DNA of 64,000 nt. Source: Opitutia bacterium. Lineage in GTDB: Bacteria > Verrucomicrobiota > Verrucomicrobiia > Opitutales > Opitutaceae. This document shows, in pieces, positions 48,271 to 57,436 of the stretch. Where the stretch lies: assembly GCA_947478395.1 (NCBI GenBank), contig CANJVR010000005.1, forward strand, positions 32,001 through 96,000, given 5' to 3'. Numbering within the stretch: position 1 is the stretch's first letter; the number at the start of each line of letters is the position of its first letter. The notes under the pieces were generated by a model that was given only the letters and a program-made list of their open reading frames with translations, searched no databases and was not told the origin of the DNA. The position numbers were made by a program, and so were the translations under genes.

Positions 48271-49089
48271 ATGAAAAAACTTCGCGTGCGTACCGTGATT
48301 TTGTCCGACATTCATCTCGGCACCGCCGAGAGCAAGGCGGCCGAGGTGAATCATTTCCTGCGCAATGTGCGCTGCGAAAAACTTATCCTCAACGGCGACA
48401 TCATCGACGGCTGGGCACTCCAGCGCGGCGGTAGCTGGACAAAAGCACACACACGTTTCATCCGGATCGTGCTAAAAAAACTCGAGAAGCGCGACACGCA
48501 GGTCGTCTACCTGCGGGGCAATCACGACGACATCCTCGCGCAATTTCTGCCGCTCGATTTTGAAAACCTCACCGTCGTCGAGGATCACATCCACGAAACC
48601 GCGCACGGGCGCTATCTCGTGCTCCACGGCGATGTCTTCGACACGGTCACCAAAAATTTCGTCTGGCTCGCCCATCTCGGCGATTGGGGCTACCGCGCGC
48701 TCCTCAAACTGAATCGCGCCTATAACGCCTGGCGCGCTTGGCGCGGTCTCGAATACTGGTCCCTCAGCAAAGCGATCAAGGCGCGCGTCAAATCCGCGGT
48801 CAGTCACGTCTCAAATTTTGAGGAGCACATCGCCGAACTCGCGCGTTCCCGCGACTGCGTCGGCGTCATGTGCGGCCACATTCACACCGCCGCCGACAAG
48901 CAACTCGGCACGATCCGTTACCTGAATTCCGGCGACTGGGTCGAATCGCTCACCGCGCTCGTCGAGCACTGGGACGGCCGCCTCGAACTCATTAACTACA
49001 CGGATTTCATTCGTGAATTTCCGCTGCCGAGCGAAGAACCGGCGAGCGAGGAGCCAGCCGACACGGAGCTCGCCGGGGTCATCGCCTAG
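48271..49089 (+). CDS. Metallophosphoesterase of the LpxH2/PlcP family (probable phospholipase C)
   Basis: LSDIHLG, NGDIIDGW, GNHDD, HGDVFD, CGHIH, YLNSGDWVESLTALVE. Confidence 0.85.
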   Translation: MKKLRVRTVILSDIHLGTAESKAAEVNHFLRNVRCEKLILNGDIIDGWALQRGGSWTKAHTRFIRIVLKKLEKRDTQVVYLRGNHDDILAQFLPLDFENLTVVEDHIHETAHGRYLVLHGDVFDTVTKNFVWLAHLGDWGYRALLKLNRAYNAWRAWRGLEYWSLSKAIKARVKSAVSHVSNFEEHIAELARSRDCVGVMCGHIHTAADKQLGTIRYLNSGDWVESLTALVEHWDGRLELINYTDFIREFPLPSEEPASEEPADTELAGVIA

Positions 49090-49095
49090 AGCGGT

Positions 49096-49192
49096 GTAAC
49101 CCAAAGCGTAGCCGCTAGCAGGCGTAGCGGCAGGCGTCCTTGCCTGCGGAAACGACGACGCCAAGCCGGCAGGCAGGGACGCCTGCCGCTAC
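49096..49192 (+). repeat. Left repeat block: 21-bp outer repeat (49096-49116) plus 69-bp GTAG REP doublet (49124-49192, family B)
   Basis: GTAACCCAAAGCGTAGCCGCT; GTAGCGGCAGGCGTCCTTGCCTGC...GCAGGCAGGGACGCCTGCCGCTAC. Confidence 0.88.
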
Positions 49193-49444
49193 CCCTAAAC
49201 GGCCACGGACAAACGAAGCCCGCCCTAAATCGTGGTTCGAACGGCGGGCAGGGTGCGGCCACCCCGTCTAAAAAATACCGATCGCTCGGCGCCCGACCCC
49301 GCTGTCTCCGCGCAACGCTCGCGCGTTCCGCAGCGTGGCTGGAATTGCCCGCTTATTTTAATTTGCGACCGCCCGTCGTCGGATCCTTGCTCCGGCCATG
49401 CGACGTAGCCGGATTCATTTCGATCCACGGGGACGTTTGTCGCC

Positions 49445-50113
49445 ATGATCGGCCAGCTGCCGCGCTGGGTTTGGACCACCGCGTGGACGCTCTCTTTCCT
49501 CGCTGGGATGGTAAACGTGGTCGGCCTGCTGGGCTTCGAACGCCAGGCCATCACCCATCTCACCGGCACCACCTCCATGTTGGGCGCGGCGATCGCAGCG
49601 TGGGATTGGACCACAGCCTGGCATCTGGTGATGGTCGTCGGCTCGTTCGTTTTGGGTACAGCCGTCAGCGCCTTTATCATCAAGGATTCCACTTTGAAAC
49701 TCGGCCGGCCCTATGGCGTAGCACTCTTCCTTGAGTCGGTGCTCCTCGCGCTCGCGGTGCCTTTGCTGCAGCGGCAAAATCTGTCGGGCTTCTATTTGGC
49801 CTCGTGTGCTTGCGGTCTGCAAAACGCGATGACCACGACCTACAGTGGCTCCGTGGTTCGCACGACGCACGTCTCCGGCATGTTTACTGATCTCGGCATC
49901 TTCCTCGGACATACGTTGCGAGGCGTGCCAGTCGACCGGCGTCGCCTGCGGCTGTGCGGCATTATCATCTCTGGCTTCCTCGTCGGCGGCATTGCCGGCG
50001 CAGCGGGGTTTCATAGTTTCGGATACGCGACGCTTTTCGTGCCGTCCGCCGTGACCGGTACAGCGGCGATTGTCTATTCGCTCGTCCAGGCGCGGAGCCC
50101 ACGCGCGCCCTAA
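49445..50113 (+). CDS. YoaK/DUF1275 family membrane protein
   Basis: AGMVN, THLTG, CGLQNA, RTTHVSGMFTDLG motifs. Confidence 0.9.
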   Translation: MIGQLPRWVWTTAWTLSFLAGMVNVVGLLGFERQAITHLTGTTSMLGAAIAAWDWTTAWHLVMVVGSFVLGTAVSAFIIKDSTLKLGRPYGVALFLESVLLALAVPLLQRQNLSGFYLASCACGLQNAMTTTYSGSVVRTTHVSGMFTDLGIFLGHTLRGVPVDRRRLRLCGIIISGFLVGGIAGAAGFHSFGYATLFVPSAVTGTAAIVYSLVQARSPRAP

Positions 50114-50144
50114 AGCGGCTTAATTTTTTACGTGGCCGTTGTGG

Positions 50145-50240
50145 GTAGCAGCCGGCGTCCGCGCCTGCCGAAACGACGACGCCAAGCCGGCAGGCAGGGA
50201 CGCCTGCCGCTACGTTGTCAGCGGCTACGCTCTTGGTTAC
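50145..50240 (+). repeat. Right repeat block: 69-bp family B REP doublet (50145-50213) plus inverted 21-bp outer repeat (50220-50240)
   Basis: Last 44 bp of the doublet identical to 49149-49192; AGCGGCTACGCTCTTGGTTAC is the reverse complement of 49096-49116 with 2 mismatches. Confidence 0.88.
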
Positions 50241-51525
50241 GCCCCGAATCCGACAGTTCTGCGCGCAATACCGCGAGCGTGCGATCGAGTGCCCCCACGT
50301 TGGCGCGATGCCATGCAAGTGCGTTCGTGCTTAGTTTCGCCCGGCGGGGATCGTCTGCGAGCAAGGTCGTGATTTCCCGCGTCAACGCGGCCACGTCCCC
50401 GACTTGCACGGCCGCATCAGCTGCGACCAAATCACGCGCCATCACCCGAAAATTGCCCATGCCGGGGCCAAAAATAATCGCGCGGCCCAAGCTCGCCGCT
50501 TCCACCGGCGTCTGGCCTTCCGTGTGCGGCGGCAAGCTTTTGCCCACGAAAACGACGTCGGCCAGCTGGGTGAACTTTCGCAACTCTCCCGTGGTGTCGC
50601 CGACCGAAACCTCGACCTCACCCGCCGCGGATCCGCGCGAGCGAAAATGATATTTCACTCCGAGCTGGACCAGCAGTCGTTCGATCTCATCACGGCGTTC
50701 GGCGTGACGCGGCACCAGCAGCAACGTCGTTGCCAAACCTTGCGACCGCGCGGTGCGCCAAGTTTCGATCAAGGCGGCTTCCTCTCCCGGCCACGTCGAC
50801 GATCCCAGCAGCACGCGGCCCGTCGCCGGCAGCCCGAGATCTCGGCGCAAGGTGGCCTTCGCCTCGTCATCGAGACGCGGAATGGCGACGTCGAGCTTGA
50901 GGTTGCCCGTCGTCAGAATTTTTTCCGCCGGCACGCCCAGCTCACGAAACCGCGCCGCATCGTGCTCCGAACACGCGAGGACGCGGTCGAGTCCGCCCGT
51001 CATTAATCGCGCCGCCGGACCGAACCATTTCATCCGCCGGTAACTCCGGTCGGAGAGCCGCGCGTTGATCGAAATCACGCGCACGCCCCGCGCCCGCGCC
51101 TGCCGCATGTGCTCCGGCCAGCGTTCCCCTTCTGTCAGGATTACGAGGTCCGGCTGGATTCGCCGCCAGACCCGCGACGAAAAGGGCTGCCAGTCCAGGG
51201 GAAAGTAACCGATCTCCGCGACAAATTGCTGGTAACGCTCATTCGCCAGCTGGTAGCCCGTGCTGGTCGTCGTCGTTAAAAAAATCTCCACCCCGTCGCC
51301 GTGCAGCGATTCCAGGAGGGGCGCAATCGCCAGCATCTCGCCCACGCTCACTGCCTGGAGCCACACCCGCTTGCGATCGCCGGACACGCGTTGCGAGCCC
51401 GCGCCGCCACCGAAACGATGCCCGAAATTCTCCGCATAGCCGCCGCGCCGGCGCATCCGCCGCAGGTAGGCGGGCGTCGCGACGAACAGCGCAAACGGAA
51501 ACAACAGGCGGTAAATCCAAATCAC
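50218..51525 (-). CDS. waaA: 3-deoxy-D-manno-octulosonic acid (Kdo) transferase
   Basis: Probable GTG 51525; AVSVGE, TTTTSTG, YFPLD, NARLSDRS, GNLKLD, LVPRHAER, DTTGEL, FVGKSL. Confidence 0.93.
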   Translation of the reverse strand: MIWIYRLLFPFALFVATPAYLRRMRRRGGYAENFGHRFGGGAGSQRVSGDRKRVWLQAVSVGEMLAIAPLLESLHGDGVEIFLTTTTSTGYQLANERYQQFVAEIGYFPLDWQPFSSRVWRRIQPDLVILTEGERWPEHMRQARARGVRVISINARLSDRSYRRMKWFGPAARLMTGGLDRVLACSEHDAARFRELGVPAEKILTTGNLKLDVAIPRLDDEAKATLRRDLGLPATGRVLLGSSTWPGEEAALIETWRTARSQGLATTLLLVPRHAERRDEIERLLVQLGVKYHFRSRGSAAGEVEVSVGDTTGELRKFTQLADVVFVGKSLPPHTEGQTPVEAASLGRAIIFGPGMGNFRVMARDLVAADAAVQVGDVAALTREITTLLADDPRRAKLSTNALAWHRANVGALDRTLAVLRAELSDSGRNQERSR

Positions 51526-51693
51526 CTCCAAGCACTCAGCCAAAGCTCCGCCGCGCGCAAGCGTCGGTTCAACGTACGATCGCTCGGAAACGCCCGCTCT
51601 AAAATCTTGTTTCGGAGCGGCGCGCCCGCCGGTCGGGGTGTCGCTTCGTTCTTTACGCTTCCGCCCGCCCGTAAAACTTCCACGCTTTACCCC

Positions 51694-54585
51694 ATGCTCA
51701 ACCGTCCCCGCGTCTCCCGTCTCCGGCTCGTCCAGATTTTTTTCCTCACCTTTTCGTGCACCCTCTCCGCTGCATTCGGCGCCGCCGCGCCGTTCGCCCA
51801 CGAGGCATCCGACTTGAAGCCCGACCCCACCGTCCGCTTCGGCACCCTGCCCAACGGCATGCGCTACGCCGTCATGCCAAACAAGGAGCCCAAGGGTCGC
51901 GCCTCGTTGCGCCTGCTCGTGCTCGCCGGCTCGCTCAACGAGGCGGAAAACCAGCGCGGGCTCGCGCATTTCCTCGAGCACATGGCGTTCAACGGCAGCG
52001 AACACTACAAGCCGGGCACGCTCGTCGAATTTTTCCAGCGCATGGGCATGAGCTTCGGCGGCGACACCAACGCCTCCACCGGTTTCGACCGCACCCTGTA
52101 TCTCCTCGAGTTGCCCAAGACGGACGATGCCACGATCACCGAGGGCCTGCGCGTTTTCAGCGATTACGCCGGCGGACTCCTGCTGCAGACCGATGAGCTC
52201 AACAAGGAGCGCGGCATCATCCTCAGCGAAAAACGCACCCGCGATAACGTCCAGTTCCGCGCCTTCATCGCCCAATTCGAATTCGAACTCGGCTCCACGC
52301 TTTTTCCGAAACGCATCCCGATCGGTCAGCCCGAAATCATCGAGCAGGCACCCCGCGAACGCTTCGTGGAATTCTGGAACACCTGGTACCGTCCGGAAAA
52401 AATGGCCGCCATCGTCGTGGGCGACGTCGACCCCGTCGCCGTCGAAAAAATGATCGTCGCCGCCTTTACCCCGCTTACGGCCCGCGCACCCGCCAAGCCC
52501 GATCCGGCTCTCGGCGACATCGTGACGTTCGAGGGTGTGCGCTCGTACTTCCACGCCGAACCGGAAATGCCCGTCACCGACGTCACGCTGCGCTCCATCA
52601 CGCCGTACCGCCACGAGCCTGACACCGTGGCGAACCGGTTGAAATATCTGCCGCGCCAACTCGCGATCTCGATGGTGAACCGTCGTTTCTCAGAATTAGC
52701 CAAGAAGGAAGGGGCCCCGTTTTCCCGCGCCAGTGCCGGCGTGTCGGAGGAATATAATTTCCTGCGCGACGCCTCGGTCACGGTCATCTGCAAACCCGAA
52801 CAATGGACGGCCGCGCTCGCGATCGGCGAACAGGAGCTGCGGCGCGCGCTCGAATTCGGCTTCCAGCCTTCCGAGCTCCGTGAGGTCGTCGCCAATTTCA
52901 CCAACTCGCTCGATCAATCCGTGCGGACCGCATCGACGCGGCGCTCCGGCGAACTCGCCGATGAACTCGCTGAGAGCATCCTTGATCAGGACGTTTTCAC
53001 GCATCCGGAAGCCGATCGGGCCATCTACCAGCCGGTGCTCGACAAAGTCACCGCGGCCGACTGTCTCGCCGCCCTGCGTTCGGCCTTCTCGTCGCCCGGC
53101 CGCTACGTGATGGTCACGGGCAACGCGAAAATTCCCGGCGAAGCCACCGCGGCGATTTCCGCGGCGTACGCCAGCTCTCGCGCCATCGCGGTCGTCGCGC
53201 CCGCCGTCCAAGCCGAAGCAAAATGGGGCTACACGACCTGGGGCCAACCCGGCGCGATCGCCAAGCGCAGCCACATCGACGACCTCGACATTACGCTCGT
53301 GGAATTCGCCAACGGCGTTCGCCTGAATTTAAAGAAGACGCCCTTCGAGGCCGGTCGCATCGGCATTCGGATGCGCGTCGGCAACGGCAGTATCACCCAA
53401 CCGGCAGGATTCCGCGGGCTCGATACGCTGGCGGACGGCACTTTCACTTCGGGCGGCCTCGGGCAACACAGCACCGACGACCTCCGCCGCATCAACGCCG
53501 GCAAAAATGTCGGGATCAGTTTCAACACCGGCACGGATGCCTTCGGTTTCGGCGGCAGCACGACCCCGGCCGATCTGGCACTCGAACTCCAGCTCCTCAC
53601 CGCTTATCTCACCGATCCTGGCTATCGTCCGGAATCGATCCGGCAGGCGCAGAAGGGCATTGAACAAATGTACCTCGGCTTCGAACACACCGCCAACGGC
53701 CCGATGAGCACGGAAGTGGCCAACCTCCTCGCAAACGGCGATCCGCGTTTCGGCCTGCCAAGCAAAGAAGTCATGATGGCGCGCAATCTCGCCGAAGTGC
53801 GCACGTGGCTGGCGCCGCAGTTCGCTCAAGGTGCCATGGAAATCGCGCTCGTGGGCGATCTCGACGTCGAGGCCTCCATCGCGGCCGTCGCCCAGACATT
53901 TGGCACCCTGCCCGCACGCGAGGCCAAGCCGGCGCTCGATGCGCTCAAGAAAGTTTCGTTTCCCGCGAAGCCGTTCACCAAGACCTACGTCATCGATTCG
54001 GAAATTCCGAAGGCGAACGTTTACATCTACTGGCCGTCGACCGACGGCACCGATGTAAAACGTGCGCGCCGGCTGAACCTCCTCGCGAATGTCCTCAACG
54101 ATCGCCTGCGCGTAAAAGTGCGCGAGGAGATCGGCGGCACGTACAGCCCACGCGCCGGCAGCAGCGCGAGCGATGTCTTCCCGGGCTACGGCTATTTTCA
54201 GGCCAACTGCATCGTCGATCCGGCCGTCGCGGAAAAAATCGCGGACGTCATTGTCGCCATCGGCGAAGACCTCGCGACGAACGGCGTCACCGCGGACGAA
54301 CTCGAACGTGCGCGCCAGCCGGCGCTCACCTCGATCAAGGAATCGGCCCGGACCAATGGCTACTGGATCAGCTCCGTGCTGGCGCGCGCGCAGGAAAAGC
54401 CCGAAGTACTCGACTGGGCGCGTTCGCGTGAAGCGGATGTGGGCGCGATCACGGCCGCCGAACTTTCCGCTCTCGCCAAGACGTACCTCGGACGCGACCA
54501 CGCCTCGCGCGTGACCATTTTGCCCGCGGAAAAAATGTCCACGGTCGAAAAGGCGGCGGCGGACGGTAAGCCGGTTCAGAAGTAA
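51694..54585 (+). CDS. M16-family zinc protease (PqqL-like), exported
   Basis: ATG 51694, signal peptide, GLAHFLEHMAFNG (HxxEH), NASTGFDRT, VREEIGGTYS. Confidence 0.93.
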   Translation: MLNRPRVSRLRLVQIFFLTFSCTLSAAFGAAAPFAHEASDLKPDPTVRFGTLPNGMRYAVMPNKEPKGRASLRLLVLAGSLNEAENQRGLAHFLEHMAFNGSEHYKPGTLVEFFQRMGMSFGGDTNASTGFDRTLYLLELPKTDDATITEGLRVFSDYAGGLLLQTDELNKERGIILSEKRTRDNVQFRAFIAQFEFELGSTLFPKRIPIGQPEIIEQAPRERFVEFWNTWYRPEKMAAIVVGDVDPVAVEKMIVAAFTPLTARAPAKPDPALGDIVTFEGVRSYFHAEPEMPVTDVTLRSITPYRHEPDTVANRLKYLPRQLAISMVNRRFSELAKKEGAPFSRASAGVSEEYNFLRDASVTVICKPEQWTAALAIGEQELRRALEFGFQPSELREVVANFTNSLDQSVRTASTRRSGELADELAESILDQDVFTHPEADRAIYQPVLDKVTAADCLAALRSAFSSPGRYVMVTGNAKIPGEATAAISAAYASSRAIAVVAPAVQAEAKWGYTTWGQPGAIAKRSHIDDLDITLVEFANGVRLNLKKTPFEAGRIGIRMRVGNGSITQPAGFRGLDTLADGTFTSGGLGQHSTDDLRRINAGKNVGISFNTGTDAFGFGGSTTPADLALELQLLTAYLTDPGYRPESIRQAQKGIEQMYLGFEHTANGPMSTEVANLLANGDPRFGLPSKEVMMARNLAEVRTWLAPQFAQGAMEIALVGDLDVEASIAAVAQTFGTLPAREAKPALDALKKVSFPAKPFTKTYVIDSEIPKANVYIYWPSTDGTDVKRARRLNLLANVLNDRLRVKVREEIGGTYSPRAGSSASDVFPGYGYFQANCIVDPAVAEKIADVIVAIGEDLATNGVTADELERARQPALTSIKESARTNGYWISSVLARAQEKPEVLDWARSREADVGAITAAELSALAKTYLGRDHASRVTILPAEKMSTVEKAAADGKPVQK

Positions 54586-54863
54586 TTTCTCAGCACGTCC
54601 CCCTTCAATGGAAGTGGTGGGCGGAGTACAGTCGCCCGCGTCGAAGTCGCCGTAAGCCCCGTGATTTCGCGAACAACGGTGCGGGTGTATCCCGAGCGGC
54701 CCGTGCAGGCGTTCCTCGCGCGCGCAGAAACGCGATTGAGGCCACGCCGGCTCCGTCCACCTCCAGTCTGTCCGCAAAAATCGATGTTTGGATCGGACGT
54801 CTTTTCTACCCTCAATCCGCCCGGTCCCCTTCGCGTCCTCCTTCCACCCTGAAGAAAATTATC

Positions 54864-56225
54864 ATGCACCGCCCCGCCCTCGTCCTCGCTGCCTTCGTCT
54901 GCGCCGCCGTTTCAGCCACGGCTCAAACCATCAAGTACGATTTCGGTCCCGGCACCGCACCGTCGGGATGGACCAAGGTCACGCCCGATCTCACTTACAC
55001 CGATGACCGCGGCTTCGGCTTCGAAGGCGTGCCAGCCAGCGGCCTCGCGACCTTCAAGACCGGCAACGATCCGCTCAAGGGCGACGGCGTGAAAGCCGAT
55101 GCCCCCTTCTTTTTTACCTTTAAGGTCCCGAGCGAGGGCAACTGGCGCGTGACCGTGACGCTGGGCGGCGATCCGGCCGCGGCCTCGCTCACGACGATCA
55201 ACGCCGAAATTCGCCGTCTCATGGTGCTGCACGCCGCGACCAAACCGGGCGAATCGAAAACCGTTTCCTTTCTCGTCAACACCCGCACGGCCAAGATTCC
55301 TGACGGCACCGTCGTCCGCCTCAAGCCGCGCGAGACCCAAGGCGAGGCGATAGCGTGGGATGACCGCATTCAGCTCGAATTCAACGACGCGCATCCCGCG
55401 ATCTCATCGCTGACCGCCGAGCGCGTGGACAACGTTCCCACGATTTATCTGATCGGCGATTCGACGATGACGGATCAACCGGGCATGCCGACGACCAGTT
55501 GGGGTCAATTTCTCCCGATCTTTTTCAAGAACACGGTCGCCATCGCCAATCACGGCGAGTCGGGCGAAGCGTACAGCGCTTTCCGCGGGGAGCGTCGCCT
55601 CGCGAAACTGCTCAGCGTGATCAAGCCGGGCGACTGGGTCATCTCACAGTTCGGTCACAACGACGAAAAAGAGCGCGAGCGCGGCGAGACGTTTGGCGCG
55701 TTCAAGAACTACGCGACCGAGATGCGCAATTACACGAATGAGATCCGGGCCAAAGGCGCCCACATCATTCTCGTCACGCCGATGCAGCGGCACTCGTTCG
55801 CCGATGGAAAAACGAAGAACACGCACGACGATTATCCGGATGCCGTTCGCGCGGTCGCGAAAGAACTCGATGTGCCGATGATCGATCTCACCGCGATGAG
55901 CGACAAGATGCTCAATGCCATGGGCGAAAAGCCCGCGTGGCTGCTCTTCTCACGCGGCTCCGATGCGACCCATCACAGCCCCTACGGCGCGTGGGAATTG
56001 GCGAAGTGTATCGCCCAGGGCATTAAGGACTCCAAGGCCGAGCCGGCCAAGTGGCTCGCCGATGACTTCAAAGGTTTCGACCCGTCGAAGCCCGATTCAA
56101 TCGAATCCTATACCGTGCCCGAGTCTCCACGCCGCGCCGGCGCGGGTGGCGCGGGGGCACCCGCGGCTGCGCCCGGTGCGCCGGCCCCCAAGGCGGATGA
56201 TGCTTCCAAGCCCTACGGGAACTGA
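54864..56225 (+). CDS. Rhamnogalacturonan acetylesterase-like SGNH hydrolase (CE12) with N-terminal beta domain
   Basis: Signal peptide, KYDFG, IGDSTM, SWGQ, QFGHND, DATH. Confidence 0.85.
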   Translation: MHRPALVLAAFVCAAVSATAQTIKYDFGPGTAPSGWTKVTPDLTYTDDRGFGFEGVPASGLATFKTGNDPLKGDGVKADAPFFFTFKVPSEGNWRVTVTLGGDPAAASLTTINAEIRRLMVLHAATKPGESKTVSFLVNTRTAKIPDGTVVRLKPRETQGEAIAWDDRIQLEFNDAHPAISSLTAERVDNVPTIYLIGDSTMTDQPGMPTTSWGQFLPIFFKNTVAIANHGESGEAYSAFRGERRLAKLLSVIKPGDWVISQFGHNDEKERERGETFGAFKNYATEMRNYTNEIRAKGAHIILVTPMQRHSFADGKTKNTHDDYPDAVRAVAKELDVPMIDLTAMSDKMLNAMGEKPAWLLFSRGSDATHHSPYGAWELAKCIAQGIKDSKAEPAKWLADDFKGFDPSKPDSIESYTVPESPRRAGAGGAGAPAAAPGAPAPKADDASKPYGN

Positions 56226-56252
56226 GGAGATGATTTAATAAAGATGGTCCGC

Positions 56253-56345
56253 GGTAAGGCGGGGCATGCTTAACCCGTCGCTGCGACTCGCCTCGACGAG
56301 AGCGAGCGGAGCCAAACCGGGCGCGTTAGGCATAACGCGCCCTAC
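56253..56345 (+). repeat. Family A REP-like element
   Basis: Aligns end to end with 9461-9552 (CTGCGACTCG, GCCAAACCGG, GCGCGTTA, GCCCTAC); between convergent genes. Confidence 0.8.
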
Positions 56346-56358
56346 TCCGTTCCTCATC

Positions 56359-57279
56359 CTACGGCGCCTCCGCGTAGGCCGCGCGCACCGCGCCGGTCAC
56401 CCGGCCGCGGTCCGGATACTTTCCCTGCAACTCCGTGGTCACCATCTGCGCCGCTTCGTCGACGCTCCGTCCTTGTTTCTTTAACTCGGCGGTTCGATCC
56501 CGCACCGTGCTCAGGTACACGCGATAATCGCCGATCAGCGTCGCGTCACCCATCGGTCCGTGACTCGGAACAATCCGCTTCGGCTGCAGCTTCGCCAAGG
56601 CGTCGAGGCTTTCGAGCCAGTGTCGCATCGTCGAATAGGGACTGGCGAAGGCCGGCAGCGGCCGCATCACAATATCGCCGGAAAACAAAATGCCGTCGGG
56701 TTCGATCAGAAACACCGTGTCGCCCCGCGTGTGGTTTGCCCCCATCGCGATCACCCGCACGCGCACTCCGCCCAGATCGACCGCCTGCTCGCGCTCGAAG
56801 ACGATGTCGGCCGGGCGAAAACCCGCGTCTTTCAGAAGATCCGCCACGAACGGCGAACGCGCGCTAAACGTCCGCGCCATCTGCAGCCCAAATTCCGCGA
56901 TGTCTTTTTGCTGGTCAGTCGAGCGCAGCATTTTCGTGTTCGCCGGAAACGCCTGCGCCCCGAGGTCGTGCTCGGGATGAAAATGCGTTGTACCTAAATA
57001 GAGCTCGGCGTTGGGGCTGACCTTGGTGACTTCGCGCCACACGGCCTGCCCGTTCTTCACGCCCAGACCGGTATCAATCACGAAGGTTGCGCGCGTGCCA
57101 ACGACGAGGCCGACGTTGGGCACGAGAGGCACACTACCGTCGGGTATCACGTGCACATGCTCGGAGATTTTTTCGGTGACACCTTCGCGGACCACCGGAT
57201 TCACCGGCTGCGCCACGACGTGACCCAAGCTGCACGCAGCGCCGAGGAAGAAAACCAAACGGGGTAAGAATGCATTCAT
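56359..57279 (-). CDS. Metallo-beta-lactamase-fold hydrolase, exported
   Basis: IDTG, THFHPEHDLG, HTRGD, FSGD, VPSHG. Confidence 0.9.
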   Translation of the reverse strand: MNAFLPRLVFFLGAACSLGHVVAQPVNPVVREGVTEKISEHVHVIPDGSVPLVPNVGLVVGTRATFVIDTGLGVKNGQAVWREVTKVSPNAELYLGTTHFHPEHDLGAQAFPANTKMLRSTDQQKDIAEFGLQMARTFSARSPFVADLLKDAGFRPADIVFEREQAVDLGGVRVRVIAMGANHTRGDTVFLIEPDGILFSGDIVMRPLPAFASPYSTMRHWLESLDALAKLQPKRIVPSHGPMGDATLIGDYRVYLSTVRDRTAELKKQGRSVDEAAQMVTTELQGKYPDRGRVTGAVRAAYAEAP

Positions 57280-57436
57280 AGCGAGGGGTGATTTTTGCGG
57301 TCAGGCAGCCTCATCGCTAGCGCGAGCGCAAGTCGAAGCCCGCGACGCGCTTTACTTCGCCCGCGCCTTCTGGAAAAAATCTACCCACGCGGCCCCACGC
57401 GTTTCCCCCGCTCGATCCGCGTCCTTCCTTTGCCTT

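Noticed and set aside
49124..50213. Possible CRISPR repeats
   Set aside because: Only two copies about 1 kb apart, with GTAG REP structure and no spacers or cas genes
50218..52659. 813-aa ORF suggesting a large N-terminal fusion to WaaA
   Set aside because: The extension is the antisense frame of the M16 protease gene; WaaA homology begins at GTG 51525
53329..54777. Long antisense or alternate-frame ORFs (also 1804-2952, 24017-25087, 39318-40427, 42479-43681)
   Set aside because: Shadow ORFs expected in high-GC coding DNA; no motifs, and they overlap well-supported genes
56488..56515. GGTTCGATCCC tRNA T-loop-like string
   Set aside because: No D-arm, anticodon arm or acceptor stem; lies within the MBL-fold gene
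56359..57279. Antibiotic-resistance metallo-beta-lactamase
   Set aside because: The HFHPEH motif and overall pattern fit a generic MBL-fold hydrolase; resistance function cannot be supported from sequence
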